A DNA stretch of 64,000 nucleotides, from the NCBI GenBank assembly GCA_963703225.1, contig OY969801.1, positions 1,824,001-1,888,000 of the forward strand, given 5' to 3'. The stretch's first letter is position 1. Each line of letters opens with the position of its first letter. This document shows positions 28,606 through 38,142 of the stretch, piece by piece. The position numbers and the translations under genes were made by a program. The notes below the pieces were generated by a model. That model was not told where the DNA came from. It made no database searches and saw only the letters and a list, made by a program, of their open reading frames with translations. The stretch comes from Candidatus Eiseniibacteriota bacterium (GTDB lineage: Bacteria > Eisenbacteria > RBG-16-71-46 > SZUA-252).

Positions 28606-29058
28606 ATGAAGGTCGCCCTCGGCGCCGACCACGCAGGGTTCCAGCTCAAGGAGCGGATCAAGCGCTATCTGGCGCAGCGCGGCGACACGGTCCTGGACAT
28701 GGGGACCCACTCGCCCGAGTCGACCGACTACCCGCAGTACGCGTTCCAGGTGGCCGAGGCGGTCCGGGATGGCCAGGCCGAGCGCGGAATCCTCGTCTGC
28801 GACTCCGGCAACGGGATCGCGATCGCGGCCAACAAGGTCGAGGGAATCCGCGCGGCCGTCGCGATCGACCCGCACCACGCGGAGATGTCCCGCCGCCACA
28901 ACGACGCCAACGTGCTCGTCCTCGCCTCGGCGCTCCTTCCCCAGGCGCAGGAAATCCCCACGCTCGAGGCCTGGTTCCAAGCCCCGTTCGAAGGTGGGCG
29001 ACATGCCCGCCGCCTGGGACAGATCACCGAGTACGAGCGGACCCACGAGCGCCGCTGA
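28606..29058 (+). CDS. rpiB: Ribose-5-phosphate isomerase B
   Basis: 'GADHAG', 'DYP', 'CDSGNG', 'AANKVEGIRA', 'HNDANVL', 'FEGGRH'. Confidence 0.96.
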   Translation: MKVALGADHAGFQLKERIKRYLAQRGDTVLDMGTHSPESTDYPQYAFQVAEAVRDGQAERGILVCDSGNGIAIAANKVEGIRAAVAIDPHHAEMSRRHNDANVLVLASALLPQAQEIPTLEAWFQAPFEGGRHARRLGQITEYERTHERR

Positions 29059-29086
29059 CTTGACGCGCGCTGGAGAGTCGAATCCC

Positions 29087-30841
29087 GTGAGCCTCGGATC
29101 GGCTCGTCAAATCGAGGTTCCCGGCTCGCTGGATGCCGAGTACCAGTCGACGCTCGCGACGCTCCTGAGCCAGGGCGCGATCGCGCGCCTCAAGGCCCGC
29201 GATCCTGGGCTCTGGACCCGTGAGACGGCCCGCGCCGCGTCGATCCGCGATCGCCTCGGCTGGATCGACTCGCCGCGGTGGCTAAGGGAGAAGGCTCCGG
29301 AGATGACCGCGTTCGCCGCCGAAGTGCGCGCCGCGGGATTCACCCACGTGCTCCTCCTGGGCATGGGCGGATCGAGCCTCGCGGCTGAGGTCTTTCAACG
29401 CGTCCTGGTGGCGGGTCCGGGAGCGCCGGCGCTCGATGTCCTCGACTCCACCGACCCCGCCGCCATCGCCGGCGCCGAGGCCGGGAGCCGGCTCGACCAC
29501 ACCTTCTTCCTCGTCTCGAGCAAGTCAGGGAAAACCGTCGAGACGATGAGCCAGTACGGGTACTTTCGCTCCAAGGTTGAGGCGCTCGGCCTTCCGAACC
29601 CCGGCGGCCAGTTCGCCGCGATCACCGACAAGGGCTCCCCGCTCGATCGGCTCGGGGCAAAGGAATCCTTCCGGCGGGTCTTTCACAACCCCGCCGACGT
29701 GGGTGGCCGCTACTCGGCGCTGACCTACTTTGGGGCTCTTCCGGCCGCGCTCCTGGGCCTCGACCTAGACGGTCTCGCCCGTCGGGCCGAGGCGGCGCGA
29801 GAGAGATCGCTGGCTGATTCGGCTTCCGCGAACGACGCGCTTCGCCTCGGCGCCCTGCTCGGAGCCGCGGCAAGGGCGGGCCGGAACAAGCTGACCATTC
29901 TCACCTCCCCTGCCCTCCGCCCTGTCGGCTACTGGATCGAGCAGCTGGTCGCGGAGAGCACCGGAAAGAGCGGATTGGGACTAGTGCCGGTTGAAGGGGA
30001 GCCCCTGGGACCGGCGCATCACTACGGGGGCGATCGCCTGCTGCTCTCGATCGCGCTGGAGGGCGAGGAGGACGGCGAGATCGAGCGGCTCGGCTCGGAG
30101 TTGAGCAGCGCGAATACGCCGTGGGTCCAGATCGTCCTCCCCGACCTAGACGCGGTCGCCGGCGAGCTCTACAAATGGGAGGTCGCGACGGCCCTGGCAG
30201 CCGTGGTCATCGGGATCAACCCATTCGACGAGCCGAACGTGCAGGAGAGCAAGGAACGGACGGATACTTTTCTGGCGGCAATCGAGCAGAAGGGCGCAGT
30301 GCCGGCGTCGGAGCCACAGGCTCGCGGAGAAGGCATCGAGATCTACGCTCCCGATTCGGTCTGGGCCCGGCTCCAGACGGGCGCGCCCTCCATGCCCAGC
30401 CTCGAAATGGTGCTGAACCGATTCCTCGCTTTGGCGGAGCCGGGGGGATACCTCGCGATCCTCGCCTACATCGAGCGCACCGCCGCGGCCGAGGCCTCGT
30501 TCTCGCTTCTGCGCCGCGCCGTTCGAAACGCGGTCCACATCCCAGTACTCCAAGGCTATGGACCCCGCTACCTGCACTCGATCGGCCAACTCTTCAAAGG
30601 GGGGCCGCCCGGCGGAATGTTCCTCGAGATCACCACGGCCGATCCGGCCGATCTCCAGATTCCGGGAAGGAGGGCCACGTTTGGCCAGCTAAAGGCGGCC
30701 CAGGCATGGGGCGATTTCGACGCGCTCGCGTCGCGCGGAGCACCGGTGCTTCGCCTCCATCTGACCCTGGGAGCCGACGCCGGCCTCCGAGCGGTGGCCC
30801 ACGCCGCCGAGCGCGCGCTCGCCGCGATGCACGGCGTCTAG
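29087..30841 (+). CDS. pgi: Glucose-6-phosphate isomerase (type found in Tal-Pgi bifunctional proteins)
   Basis: 'GMGGSSL', 'SKSGKTVET', 'VGGRYSAL', 'EQLVAESTGK', 'NPFDEPNVQESK', 'GPRYLHSIGQLFKGGP'; start 29060 or 29087. Confidence 0.88.
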   Translation: MSLGSARQIEVPGSLDAEYQSTLATLLSQGAIARLKARDPGLWTRETARAASIRDRLGWIDSPRWLREKAPEMTAFAAEVRAAGFTHVLLLGMGGSSLAAEVFQRVLVAGPGAPALDVLDSTDPAAIAGAEAGSRLDHTFFLVSSKSGKTVETMSQYGYFRSKVEALGLPNPGGQFAAITDKGSPLDRLGAKESFRRVFHNPADVGGRYSALTYFGALPAALLGLDLDGLARRAEAARERSLADSASANDALRLGALLGAAARAGRNKLTILTSPALRPVGYWIEQLVAESTGKSGLGLVPVEGEPLGPAHHYGGDRLLLSIALEGEEDGEIERLGSELSSANTPWVQIVLPDLDAVAGELYKWEVATALAAVVIGINPFDEPNVQESKERTDTFLAAIEQKGAVPASEPQARGEGIEIYAPDSVWARLQTGAPSMPSLEMVLNRFLALAEPGGYLAILAYIERTAAAEASFSLLRRAVRNAVHIPVLQGYGPRYLHSIGQLFKGGPPGGMFLEITTADPADLQIPGRRATFGQLKAAQAWGDFDALASRGAPVLRLHLTLGADAGLRAVAHAAERALAAMHGV

Positions 30842-30881
30842 GAAAAGCCGCCCTCGGCCTCCCTCGCCGACCGGTGGAGGG

Positions 30882-31667
30882 CTACTTCAGCAATCGTTTG
30901 ATCGGGGCGTAGGGGTGTTGGTCTCGGGACAACCCGGCATCCAGCCCCATCGATTTGAGCTCAGTCCGGAGCGACGCGATCCGGTCGTGGAGGGTGGGGT
31001 GGCTGTAGCCAATAGGCTCCCAAAATTGCCCCGCTTGGGCAGTTACCGGATTCATCTTCTCCAACACTTGAATCATTCCCTCCGGATTGATCCCGGCCCG
31101 CGATAGGTAGAGCAAGGCTGTGACGTCGGCCCGGGCCTCCACCTCACGGGTATACCCGGCCCCGAAGAGCCGCAGCGCCTCGGCGCCCGCCGCGGTCGTA
31201 TCGGCCCCCTTGGGCCCGCTCAAGATCTCGGCCAGCTCGGAGTCGCTCAGATTGTGCTCCAGAAGTGCCGACGGATCCCGCAGCGCCACATGCGCGATCT
31301 CGTGCCCCAGAACTCCCGCAACCTCGGACTCGGTATCGACCCGCTGGAGCAGCCCGGTCGAGACGTAGATCATCCCGCCTGGGAAGGCCACCGCCCTCGA
31401 ATCCGGCGAGACATAGACCCCCACCGTGTAGGGAATTTCCGGCCGATCCGACAGTCGGGCAATTCGTTGACTGATCTGGTTCAGGTAGTCGTTTACCTTG
31501 GGATCCAGCTCGGGTGCCACACCGGTCTCGAATCGCTTGGCGATCCGGCTCCCGATGATCCGCTCGTGCTGATCGCTCAGCGGGACCGGCACCAGCCGCT
31601 CCACCCCCTGCGTCCCGGCGCAGCCCGATAGGAGAGCGACCGCCGCGATGATCGATAGTTGGCGCAC
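30882..31667 (-). CDS. M48 family Zn metalloprotease lipoprotein
   Basis: Lipobox 'LSGC'; 'AFPGG', 'GHEIAH', 'YTREVEARAD', 'SHP'. Confidence 0.88.
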   Translation of the reverse strand: MRQLSIIAAVALLSGCAGTQGVERLVPVPLSDQHERIIGSRIAKRFETGVAPELDPKVNDYLNQISQRIARLSDRPEIPYTVGVYVSPDSRAVAFPGGMIYVSTGLLQRVDTESEVAGVLGHEIAHVALRDPSALLEHNLSDSELAEILSGPKGADTTAAGAEALRLFGAGYTREVEARADVTALLYLSRAGINPEGMIQVLEKMNPVTAQAGQFWEPIGYSHPTLHDRIASLRTELKSMGLDAGLSRDQHPYAPIKRLLK

Positions 31668-31833
31668 GCGCGCAGGGTAGTGCTGGCCCCGCGGCCGGTC
31701 AATGCGCGTCTGCGTCGACGCGCTGGGATTGACGTTGACCCTCGATCCGCAGGCGCCCGCTACCCCTTGCGCCTCCCCGAGCGAATCCGGCATCATCGAG
31801 TGGTCCTATTCACTCACGCCCAAGGAGGAACGA

Positions 31834-32349
31834 ATGCCTGCCCGCAAGAAGTCCGCTCGCAAAGCAGCTCCAAGGAAGGCCGCCCCCAAGAAGAAGATCG
31901 CAGCGAAGAGGGCCGCCCCGAAGAAGGCAGCCGCGAAGAAGGCGGCCGCCGCTCCGCAGGCGACGCCGAGCGCCATCGGGGCCATGAACCACCACCTCGA
32001 TTACACGACCCACGATCTCGAAGGCGTGAAGCGTTTCTACACGAGCCTTCTCGGCTTTTCGAAGTTTGATCAGGATCAGAACTTCAACTATCTCTGGATC
32101 CAGACCGGCAACTCCTCGAGCATCGGCTTCATGCCGCCGATGCGCGACATGGGCGAGCCGAGCCCGGCGAAGGAGCCGACGCTCTACTTCATCGTGAAGG
32201 ACGTCGACCGCGCGTATGCCAGTCTTTCGTCGAAGGGGGTCATGTTCGAGGGACCGCCCGCGGACATGCCGTGGGGGCACCGGGTCGTCCGCACCACCGA
32301 TCCCGAGGGACGCGCCGTGATGCTCGCCACCCCGAAACGTCAGCCCTGA
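31834..32349 (+). CDS. VOC/glyoxalase family protein with a Lys/Ala-rich N-terminal tail
   Basis: AGGAGG RBS; 'FYTSLLGF', 'LYFIVKDVD', 'DMPWG', 'DPEG'. Confidence 0.88.
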   Translation: MPARKKSARKAAPRKAAPKKKIAAKRAAPKKAAAKKAAAAPQATPSAIGAMNHHLDYTTHDLEGVKRFYTSLLGFSKFDQDQNFNYLWIQTGNSSSIGFMPPMRDMGEPSPAKEPTLYFIVKDVDRAYASLSSKGVMFEGPPADMPWGHRVVRTTDPEGRAVMLATPKRQP

Positions 32350-32371
32350 TCGAAGTGTTCGGAGGGACGCC

Positions 32372-33516
32372 GTGAGGCCCACCCCCTGCGTCGCGCTTCA
32401 CGAGCTGGGACAGAGCGTCTGGCTCGACAACATCAACGACGGGCTGATCGAATCGGGCGAATTGGCCCGGCTGATCGCCGAGGGGTCGGTCTACGGCGTC
32501 ACCTCCAATCCCACGATCTTCAAGAACGCGATCGCGGGGGAGCGCTTCTCCTACCCCGCCGAGATCGCGCGCCTCGCCGGCGCCGGGAAGAGTCCCCACG
32601 AGATCTACGATCTCCTCGCGGTCCGCGACATCACGCGGACCGCGGACCTCTTGGCCGAGACGTACCGACGCGGGACGGGGCGGGATGGCTTCGTCAGCCT
32701 GGAGGTGCCGCCCGCGCTTTCGCGCGACACGCGCGGCCACGATCGCCGAGGCGAAGCGGCTCTGGAAGCTCGTCGCGCCGGCCGAACCTCTTCGTCAAGG
32801 TCCCCGGAACGCCCGAGGGCATTCCCGCGATCGAGGGGCTGATCGCCGACGGCGTCAGCATCAACGTCACGCTCCTCTTCTCCCGCCCCCAGTACGCCGC
32901 GGTGGCCGCCGCCTTCCGCCGCGGCATCGAGCGGAGGCTCGGGTCGGGGCAGTCTCTCGACGGACTCCACTCGGTGGCCAGCGTCTTCGTGAGCCGGCTC
33001 GATACCTCGGTCGACAAGGAGCTGGAGACGCGGGCCTCGGCCGCGGACCCGGCGCTCCAAGAAAGGCTGCGCACGCTCCGGGGCGCCGCGGCGGTGGCCA
33101 ACGCGCTCGACATCTGGGAGGAGTACCGGGCACAGTTCTTCGGCCCTTCCTTCGAGCCACTCCGCGCAAAGGGGGCCAGGCCCCAGTGGCTCCTCTGGGC
33201 GAGCACCGGCACCAAGAATCCGGCCTACTCCGACGTCAAGTACGTGGAGGAGCTTGCCGGGCCCGACAGCATCAACACGATGCCCCGGGAGACGATCGAC
33301 GCCTACCTCTCCCACGGGCCCGCTCCCTCGAACCGGCTCGATCCGCGCGTGGAGACGGCAAGGAAGACCCGACAGGCATTCTCCGAAGTCGGGGTCTCGC
33401 TCGAGGCGCACTGCCAGAAGCTCCTCGGCGAAGGCGTCCAGTCGTTCGCCCAGTCCTTCGATGAGATGATGAACGTCATCCGCGAGCGATCCGCCGCGCT
33501 CGCGCAGCGCCGCTAG
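32372..33516 (+). CDS. tal: Transaldolase (two apparent frameshifts near 32735 and 32780)
   Basis: 'GQSVWLD', 'GVTSNPTIF', 'VSLEV', 'INVTLLFS', 'ASVFVSR', 'LWASTGTKNP', 'NTMP'. Confidence 0.92.
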
Positions 33517-33572
33517 GTCGAGCCCCCAGTGCGCCGGGGCAGACTTCTCACCGCCGCGACAGGGAAACTCGC

Positions 33573-34569
33573 TTGATCCTCGCGGGCGACATCGGGGGCA
33601 CGAAGGCCAGCCTCGCCCTCTTCGAAACCAACGGCGAGGGTCGGCTCGGGCCGGCCACGCACCCGGAATCCCACCGCGGCGCCGACTTCCCTTCCCTCAT
33701 GGACCTGCTCGATGCCTACCGCGCCCGTCATCCGGCAAGGATCGACGCGGCCTGTTTCGGCGTCGCCGGTCCCGTGATTCGAGGGAGTGTCCAGGGAACC
33801 AACATTCCCTGGCGGGTCGACGGCGTCGAGACGGCGCGGAGGCTCGGGATCAAGTCGGTCTCCCTGCTCAATGACCTCGCCGCGGCCGGCTACGCGGTTC
33901 CGCTCCTGACCGCGGATGACCTCGTCACGATCCAGGAAGGCGCAGCGGACCGCGATGCGAACGCCGCGATCATTTCAGCCGGGACGGGGCTGGGCGAATC
34001 GATCCTCGCCCGGGTCGCAGGCGACTGGATCCCCATCGACTCCGAAGGCGGATTCGCCGACTTCGCCCCACGGACCGACGAGGAAATCGACCTCTTCCGC
34101 GACCTCCGCTCCCGGCTGGGCCGTGTGGCCTACGAGCACGTACTTTCGGGGCCGGGGCTCGTCCAGGTGGGCCGCTGGTCTCACGCGCGCGGCGGAGCGG
34201 CGGCGGCCGCCGCGTGGAAGGCGCACCAGGCCGACGCTTCGGGGGACGATCTCGCCGCCTCGGTGAGCGCGGCCGCGATCGGAGGCTCCTGCATCTGGTG
34301 CGGCGAGGCGCTCGATCTATTCGTATCGGTCTACGGCGCCGAAGCGGGCAACCTGGCGCTGCGGGGAGTTGCCCGGGCGGGGGTCTACCTCGGGCGGTGG
34401 GATCGCGCCCAAGATCCTCCCGGCCCTCAAGGGGGATCGGTTTCTTCGAGCCTTCCGCGACAAGGCGCCCCACGCGGAGCTCCTCGGAGCGATCCCGGTC
34501 CGGGTCATCCAAAACGAGCAGGCCGGGGTGCTGGGCGCGGCACGCTACGCTTCCCTCTCCCTGACCTAG
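33573..34569 (+). CDS. glk: Glucokinase (apparent frameshift near 34397)
   Basis: 'ILAGDIGGTK', 'GVAGPV', 'LNDL', 'GTGLG', 'SEGG'; C-terminal 'GGGIAPKI' is in ORF 34369..34569. Confidence 0.92.
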
Positions 34570-34641
34570 GCTCTATAATCCGCGCCATGGCATCTCCGAC
34601 GGCAACCCGAGAGGCACCCGTCGGGGGCGGCGGCCCACCGC

Positions 34642-35568
34642 GTGAGCGAGCGTGTCCGCGAGATTCTCTCGTGGTACTCGTCGGACAATCCGGGCACGAA
34701 ATCCAACCTGGCCCGGATGCTGAACCATGGCACCCTCGCCGGCACGGGCCGGATGGTGATTCTTCCGGTCGACCAGGGCTTTGAGCACGGACCCGCGCGC
34801 TCCTTTGCGCCCAATCCGGCCGGCTACGATCCCCGCTACCATTTCGATCTCGCCCTTGAGGCAGGCTGCAATGCCTACGCGGCGCCGCTCGGATTTATCG
34901 AGGCGGGCGCGGCGGAGTTCGCGGGCGAGATCCCGCTCATCTTGAAGCTGAACAATCACGACGTGCTCCACGACGAGAAGGATCCACTCTCCGCGCTCAC
35001 GGGCAGCGTGGGCGCGGCGCTCCGCCTCGGCTGTGCCGCGATCGGGTTCACGATCTATCCAGGCTCCGCCATGGCCACCAAGATGTACGAGCAGATCCGG
35101 GCCCTCGCGGAGGAGGCGAAGCGAGCGGGCCTGGCGGTGGTGGTCTGGTCCTACCCTCGCGGCTCGGGCCTCAGCAAGGCGGGAGAGACGGCGATCGACG
35201 TGGTGGCCTACGCCGCCCAGATCGCCGCACAGCTGGGAGCGCACGTTCTCAAGGTCAAGCTCCCCACGGAGCATATCGAGCAGGAAGAGGCGCGGAAGTC
35301 TTACGAGAAGTACGCGATCCCGATCGGGACCTTGGCCGATCGCGTGCGGCACGTCGTCCAGTCGTCGTTCGACGGCCGGCGGATCGTGATCTTCTCGGGA
35401 GGCGCCAAGAAGGACAACGACGAGGAGATCTTGAACGAGGCCCGCGCGATTCGAGACGGAGGCGGATTCGGGTCGATCATCGGCAGAAACTCGTTCCAGC
35501 GAAAGCGCCCCGAAGCGCTGAAGCTGCTCCGCCGCATCATGGCGATCTACGCCGGAGACACTCCCTAG
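34642..35568 (+). CDS. fbaB: Class I fructose-bisphosphate aldolase (DhnA/FbaB type)
   Basis: 'ILPVDQGFEHGP', 'WSYPRG', 'FSGG', 'IIGRNSFQR'; the true start may be ATG 34587 if there is an indel. Confidence 0.92.
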   Translation: MSERVREILSWYSSDNPGTKSNLARMLNHGTLAGTGRMVILPVDQGFEHGPARSFAPNPAGYDPRYHFDLALEAGCNAYAAPLGFIEAGAAEFAGEIPLILKLNNHDVLHDEKDPLSALTGSVGAALRLGCAAIGFTIYPGSAMATKMYEQIRALAEEAKRAGLAVVVWSYPRGSGLSKAGETAIDVVAYAAQIAAQLGAHVLKVKLPTEHIEQEEARKSYEKYAIPIGTLADRVRHVVQSSFDGRRIVIFSGGAKKDNDEEILNEARAIRDGGGFGSIIGRNSFQRKRPEALKLLRRIMAIYAGDTP

Positions 35569-35610
35569 CTCGGAAACGCACCGACCGCGCCCCGCATGGA
35601 GACGGTCGGT

Positions 35611-35760
35611 CTAGTGCCCGGAAGGCCTCCCCCGCAGCCAAAGCGCGAAGAGAAATCCGAGCGTTCCCAGCAGCGCGCAGACGAACAGCAGCCAGACGAG
35701 CGCCGCGCGATTTCTCGCCCTGGCTTCCGTCTCTCTCCCCTCCAGCTTCGCCCCGCTCAA
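35611..35760 (-). CDS. Small single-TM protein at the end of the oxidase operon
   Basis: TTG start overlaps the ctaG stop; 49 aa with one strongly hydrophobic helix. Confidence 0.5.
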   Translation of the reverse strand: MSGAKLEGRETEARARNRAALVWLLFVCALLGTLGFLFALWLRGRPSGH

Positions 35761-36338
35761 TTCGCCTCCGTCGCCGGGACCGGGAGATCGTGCTTCGGAT
35801 CCCGGGGAAAGAGCGTGTAGTTGAGGATGATCTCGTTCACCGACAGCGGGAACCGCGGGGAGAGCGCGAAGTAGACCGGGAGCTCCCTCGTTTCCCGCGG
35901 GGCGAGGGTCTGGTCCTCGAAGCAGAAACATTGAATGAGCTGGAATTCCTTGGCCGCCGCGGTCGGCACGATCGAGTGAACGGCCCGGAAATAGACCGAA
36001 TCGTCGCTCATGTTGGTGAAGGTGTAGCTCAGGCGTACAGGCTTCCCTGGATGAATGGAGAGCGACGATACGGAGGGCCCGAAGCGAACCGGCAGACCGC
36101 TCCCGGTCACGCCCATGAACTTGACCTGGACGTTCCTGCCAAGGATGTCCCCGGTCGTGCTCGACATCCCCGGCTCCGGCGTACCGCGGAACGCCGCCTT
36201 TCCGGAACCGGAAAGCCCGAAGCGCGCGCAGAAGAGCTTGAAGAGCGGCACGTTGGCATAGGCGAACGAGAACATGAAGAGCACCATCGTGCCGATAGCG
36301 ATCCCCAGGAGAGCATTCGATGGGCGCTTTAACTTCAT
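35757..36338 (-). CDS. ctaG: Cytochrome c oxidase Cu assembly protein, Cox11 type
   Basis: TM followed by 'PLFKLFC'; Cox11 Cu motif 'IQCFCFEDQ'. Confidence 0.9.
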   Translation of the reverse strand: MKLKRPSNALLGIAIGTMVLFMFSFAYANVPLFKLFCARFGLSGSGKAAFRGTPEPGMSSTTGDILGRNVQVKFMGVTGSGLPVRFGPSVSSLSIHPGKPVRLSYTFTNMSDDSVYFRAVHSIVPTAAAKEFQLIQCFCFEDQTLAPRETRELPVYFALSPRFPLSVNEIILNYTLFPRDPKHDLPVPATEAN

Positions 36339-36348
36339 CTCGAAACCT

Positions 36349-37230
36349 CTAGGTATGTAAGGGGATGCGCCAGATGGAATCGGCGATGATTCCGAGGAAG
36401 AGGAGGAAGAGGTAGACGATGGAGTAGCCGAAGACGTCCCAGGCCGAACGCGTCGTGGCGACCCGGCGAGCCCGCACGGCCTTCCAGAGGAAGAGGACCC
36501 CAATGGCGACGGCGACGGCCGCATAGACCGCCCCACCCGCGTGAAGGAACGGCATGGCGAAGGTCAGAGCCACCAGCGCGAAGGTATACCGCTCGATCTG
36601 CCGGTAGGTCTCGGCGTCGCCCTTCACGATCGGGAGCATCGGAATCCGAACCCTGCGGTAGTCCTCCTGGACGCAGAGCGCGAGCGCCCAGAAGTGGGGC
36701 GGGGTCCAGAGGAAGATGACGAGGAAGAGGAGGATCGGGGTGAGCGCCAGCCCCCCGCTCGATGCAGCCCACGCGATGACCGGCCCCATGGCCCCGGCTG
36801 CTCCCCCGATGACGATGTTGTGGACCGTGCGGGGCTTGAGCCAGAGCGTGTAGAAGAAGCCGTAGAACGCGATGGTTCCGAACGCGAGCCACGCGCTCAA
36901 GGCGTTGCCAAAGAGCCAAAGAAGCGCCACCGACGCCGCGCCCACCGCGATCGCGAAGGCCAGGGCGCCGCGCTCCGAGACGCGGCCGAGCGGCAGCGGG
37001 CGCTTGAGGCGCGTCCTCGTCATGGCCGCGTCGAGGTCCCGCTCGAAGTACTGGTTGAACGCGTTGGCGGAACCGGCCGTGAGGGTGATCGCGAAGAGGA
37101 CCAAAGAGAACCGCGCCGGGTCGGCGAGAAGCGATCCTTCCGCGACGAGCCCCGCCACCGCCGTGACCACCACCAAGAGCACGATCCGCGGCTTGGTCAG
37201 CAGGATGTAGTCAAGCACGCTTGAGCTCAT
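36349..37230 (-). CDS. ctaB: Protoheme IX farnesyltransferase (heme O synthase)
   Basis: 'LTKPRI', 'DAAMTRTRLKRPLP', 'NIVIGG', 'WTPPHFWAL'. Confidence 0.95.
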   Translation of the reverse strand: MSSSVLDYILLTKPRIVLLVVVTAVAGLVAEGSLLADPARFSLVLFAITLTAGSANAFNQYFERDLDAAMTRTRLKRPLPLGRVSERGALAFAIAVGAASVALLWLFGNALSAWLAFGTIAFYGFFYTLWLKPRTVHNIVIGGAAGAMGPVIAWAASSGGLALTPILLFLVIFLWTPPHFWALALCVQEDYRRVRIPMLPIVKGDAETYRQIERYTFALVALTFAMPFLHAGGAVYAAVAVAIGVLFLWKAVRARRVATTRSAWDVFGYSIVYLFLLFLGIIADSIWRIPLHT

Positions 37231-38095
37231 GAGCCGCCGTCAGGAGGGAGCCGAAGAGGACCAGCGCCGTCCCCAGGTGGGCCACGCTGATCGGCAGGGG
37301 CACACGAAGGACGACGTTTCCAATACCCAGGATTACCTGGAGCGCGAGGAGTATACCCGAGATGCGAAGCGGCCACCGGGCCCGCGGTGGAAGCCGCGCG
37401 GGCGCCGCGGCCACGAGAAGTCCCAGCACGAGGAGGACGATCGCGTAAGCGCCGAGCCGGTGCGCGTAGTGGATTCCGACCAGCCCCGTCATGGGCGGGA
37501 GCCAGGACCCCTGACAGGTTGGGAAATCCGGGCAGGCGAGCGCCGCCCCGGAGGACGACACCCAAGCACCGAGGCCCGCTTGGAGAAAGACCGCCCCCGC
37601 GGACAGGTGGGCGAACCGCGCGAGAACCCTCGCGCGGGGGTCTCGCTCCCCCGCCGGCGCCCCCTCCGTCACCCGGAGCGCCATGAGCAGGAGAATTCCA
37701 AAGAAGGTGAACGCGAGCAGGAGGTGCGCGACCACCCGGTCGACCGGCAGCTCTTCCAAGACCACCCGACCCCCCATGAAGATTTGCAGGACGAGCGTGA
37801 TCAGCGCCGCCACCGTGAGCGCGCCGACCTTCGCGCGCGCCTCCCGGGAGCGGAAAACCATGATCGCGATCGCGATCGTCACGAACCCCACGAGCATAGC
37901 GATGACGCGATGGCCGAACTCGATCAGGACGTTCGGATGGGGGCGCGGGAGCAACTTCCCCTCCGCGAGGGGCCAGTCGGGAATGGCGAGCCCCGACCCG
38001 CTCAGCCGCACGACGCCCCCCCAGACCACCAGCACGAATACCAACGCCAGGGCCGCTACGAGAAGGGTGGGCAGACGGCCGGATCGCGATTCCAT
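37211..38095 (-). CDS. ctaA: Heme A synthase (COX15/CtaA)
   Basis: 'GSGLAIPDWP', 'EFGHR', 'ACPDFPTC', 'HYAHR'. Confidence 0.92.
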   Translation of the reverse strand: MESRSGRLPTLLVAALALVFVLVVWGGVVRLSGSGLAIPDWPLAEGKLLPRPHPNVLIEFGHRVIAMLVGFVTIAIAIMVFRSREARAKVGALTVAALITLVLQIFMGGRVVLEELPVDRVVAHLLLAFTFFGILLLMALRVTEGAPAGERDPRARVLARFAHLSAGAVFLQAGLGAWVSSSGAALACPDFPTCQGSWLPPMTGLVGIHYAHRLGAYAIVLLVLGLLVAAAPARLPPRARWPLRISGILLALQVILGIGNVVLRVPLPISVAHLGTALVLFGSLLTAAHELKRA

Positions 38096-38142
38096 CGGTT
38101 GCGACGAGGACTACCCCGCGGGCGCGGGGCGCGTCCGCCCTC

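Noticed and set aside
28769..29086. N-terminal extension of Pgi or an RpiB-Pgi fusion
   Set aside because: rpiB ends normally at 29058 in another frame; the extension is an out-of-frame overlap with no Pgi motifs.
34587..34784. Regulatory upstream ORF overlapping fbaB
   Set aside because: More simply explained as the fbaB N-terminus shifted by an indel in the G-rich run near 34623; cannot be resolved without reads.
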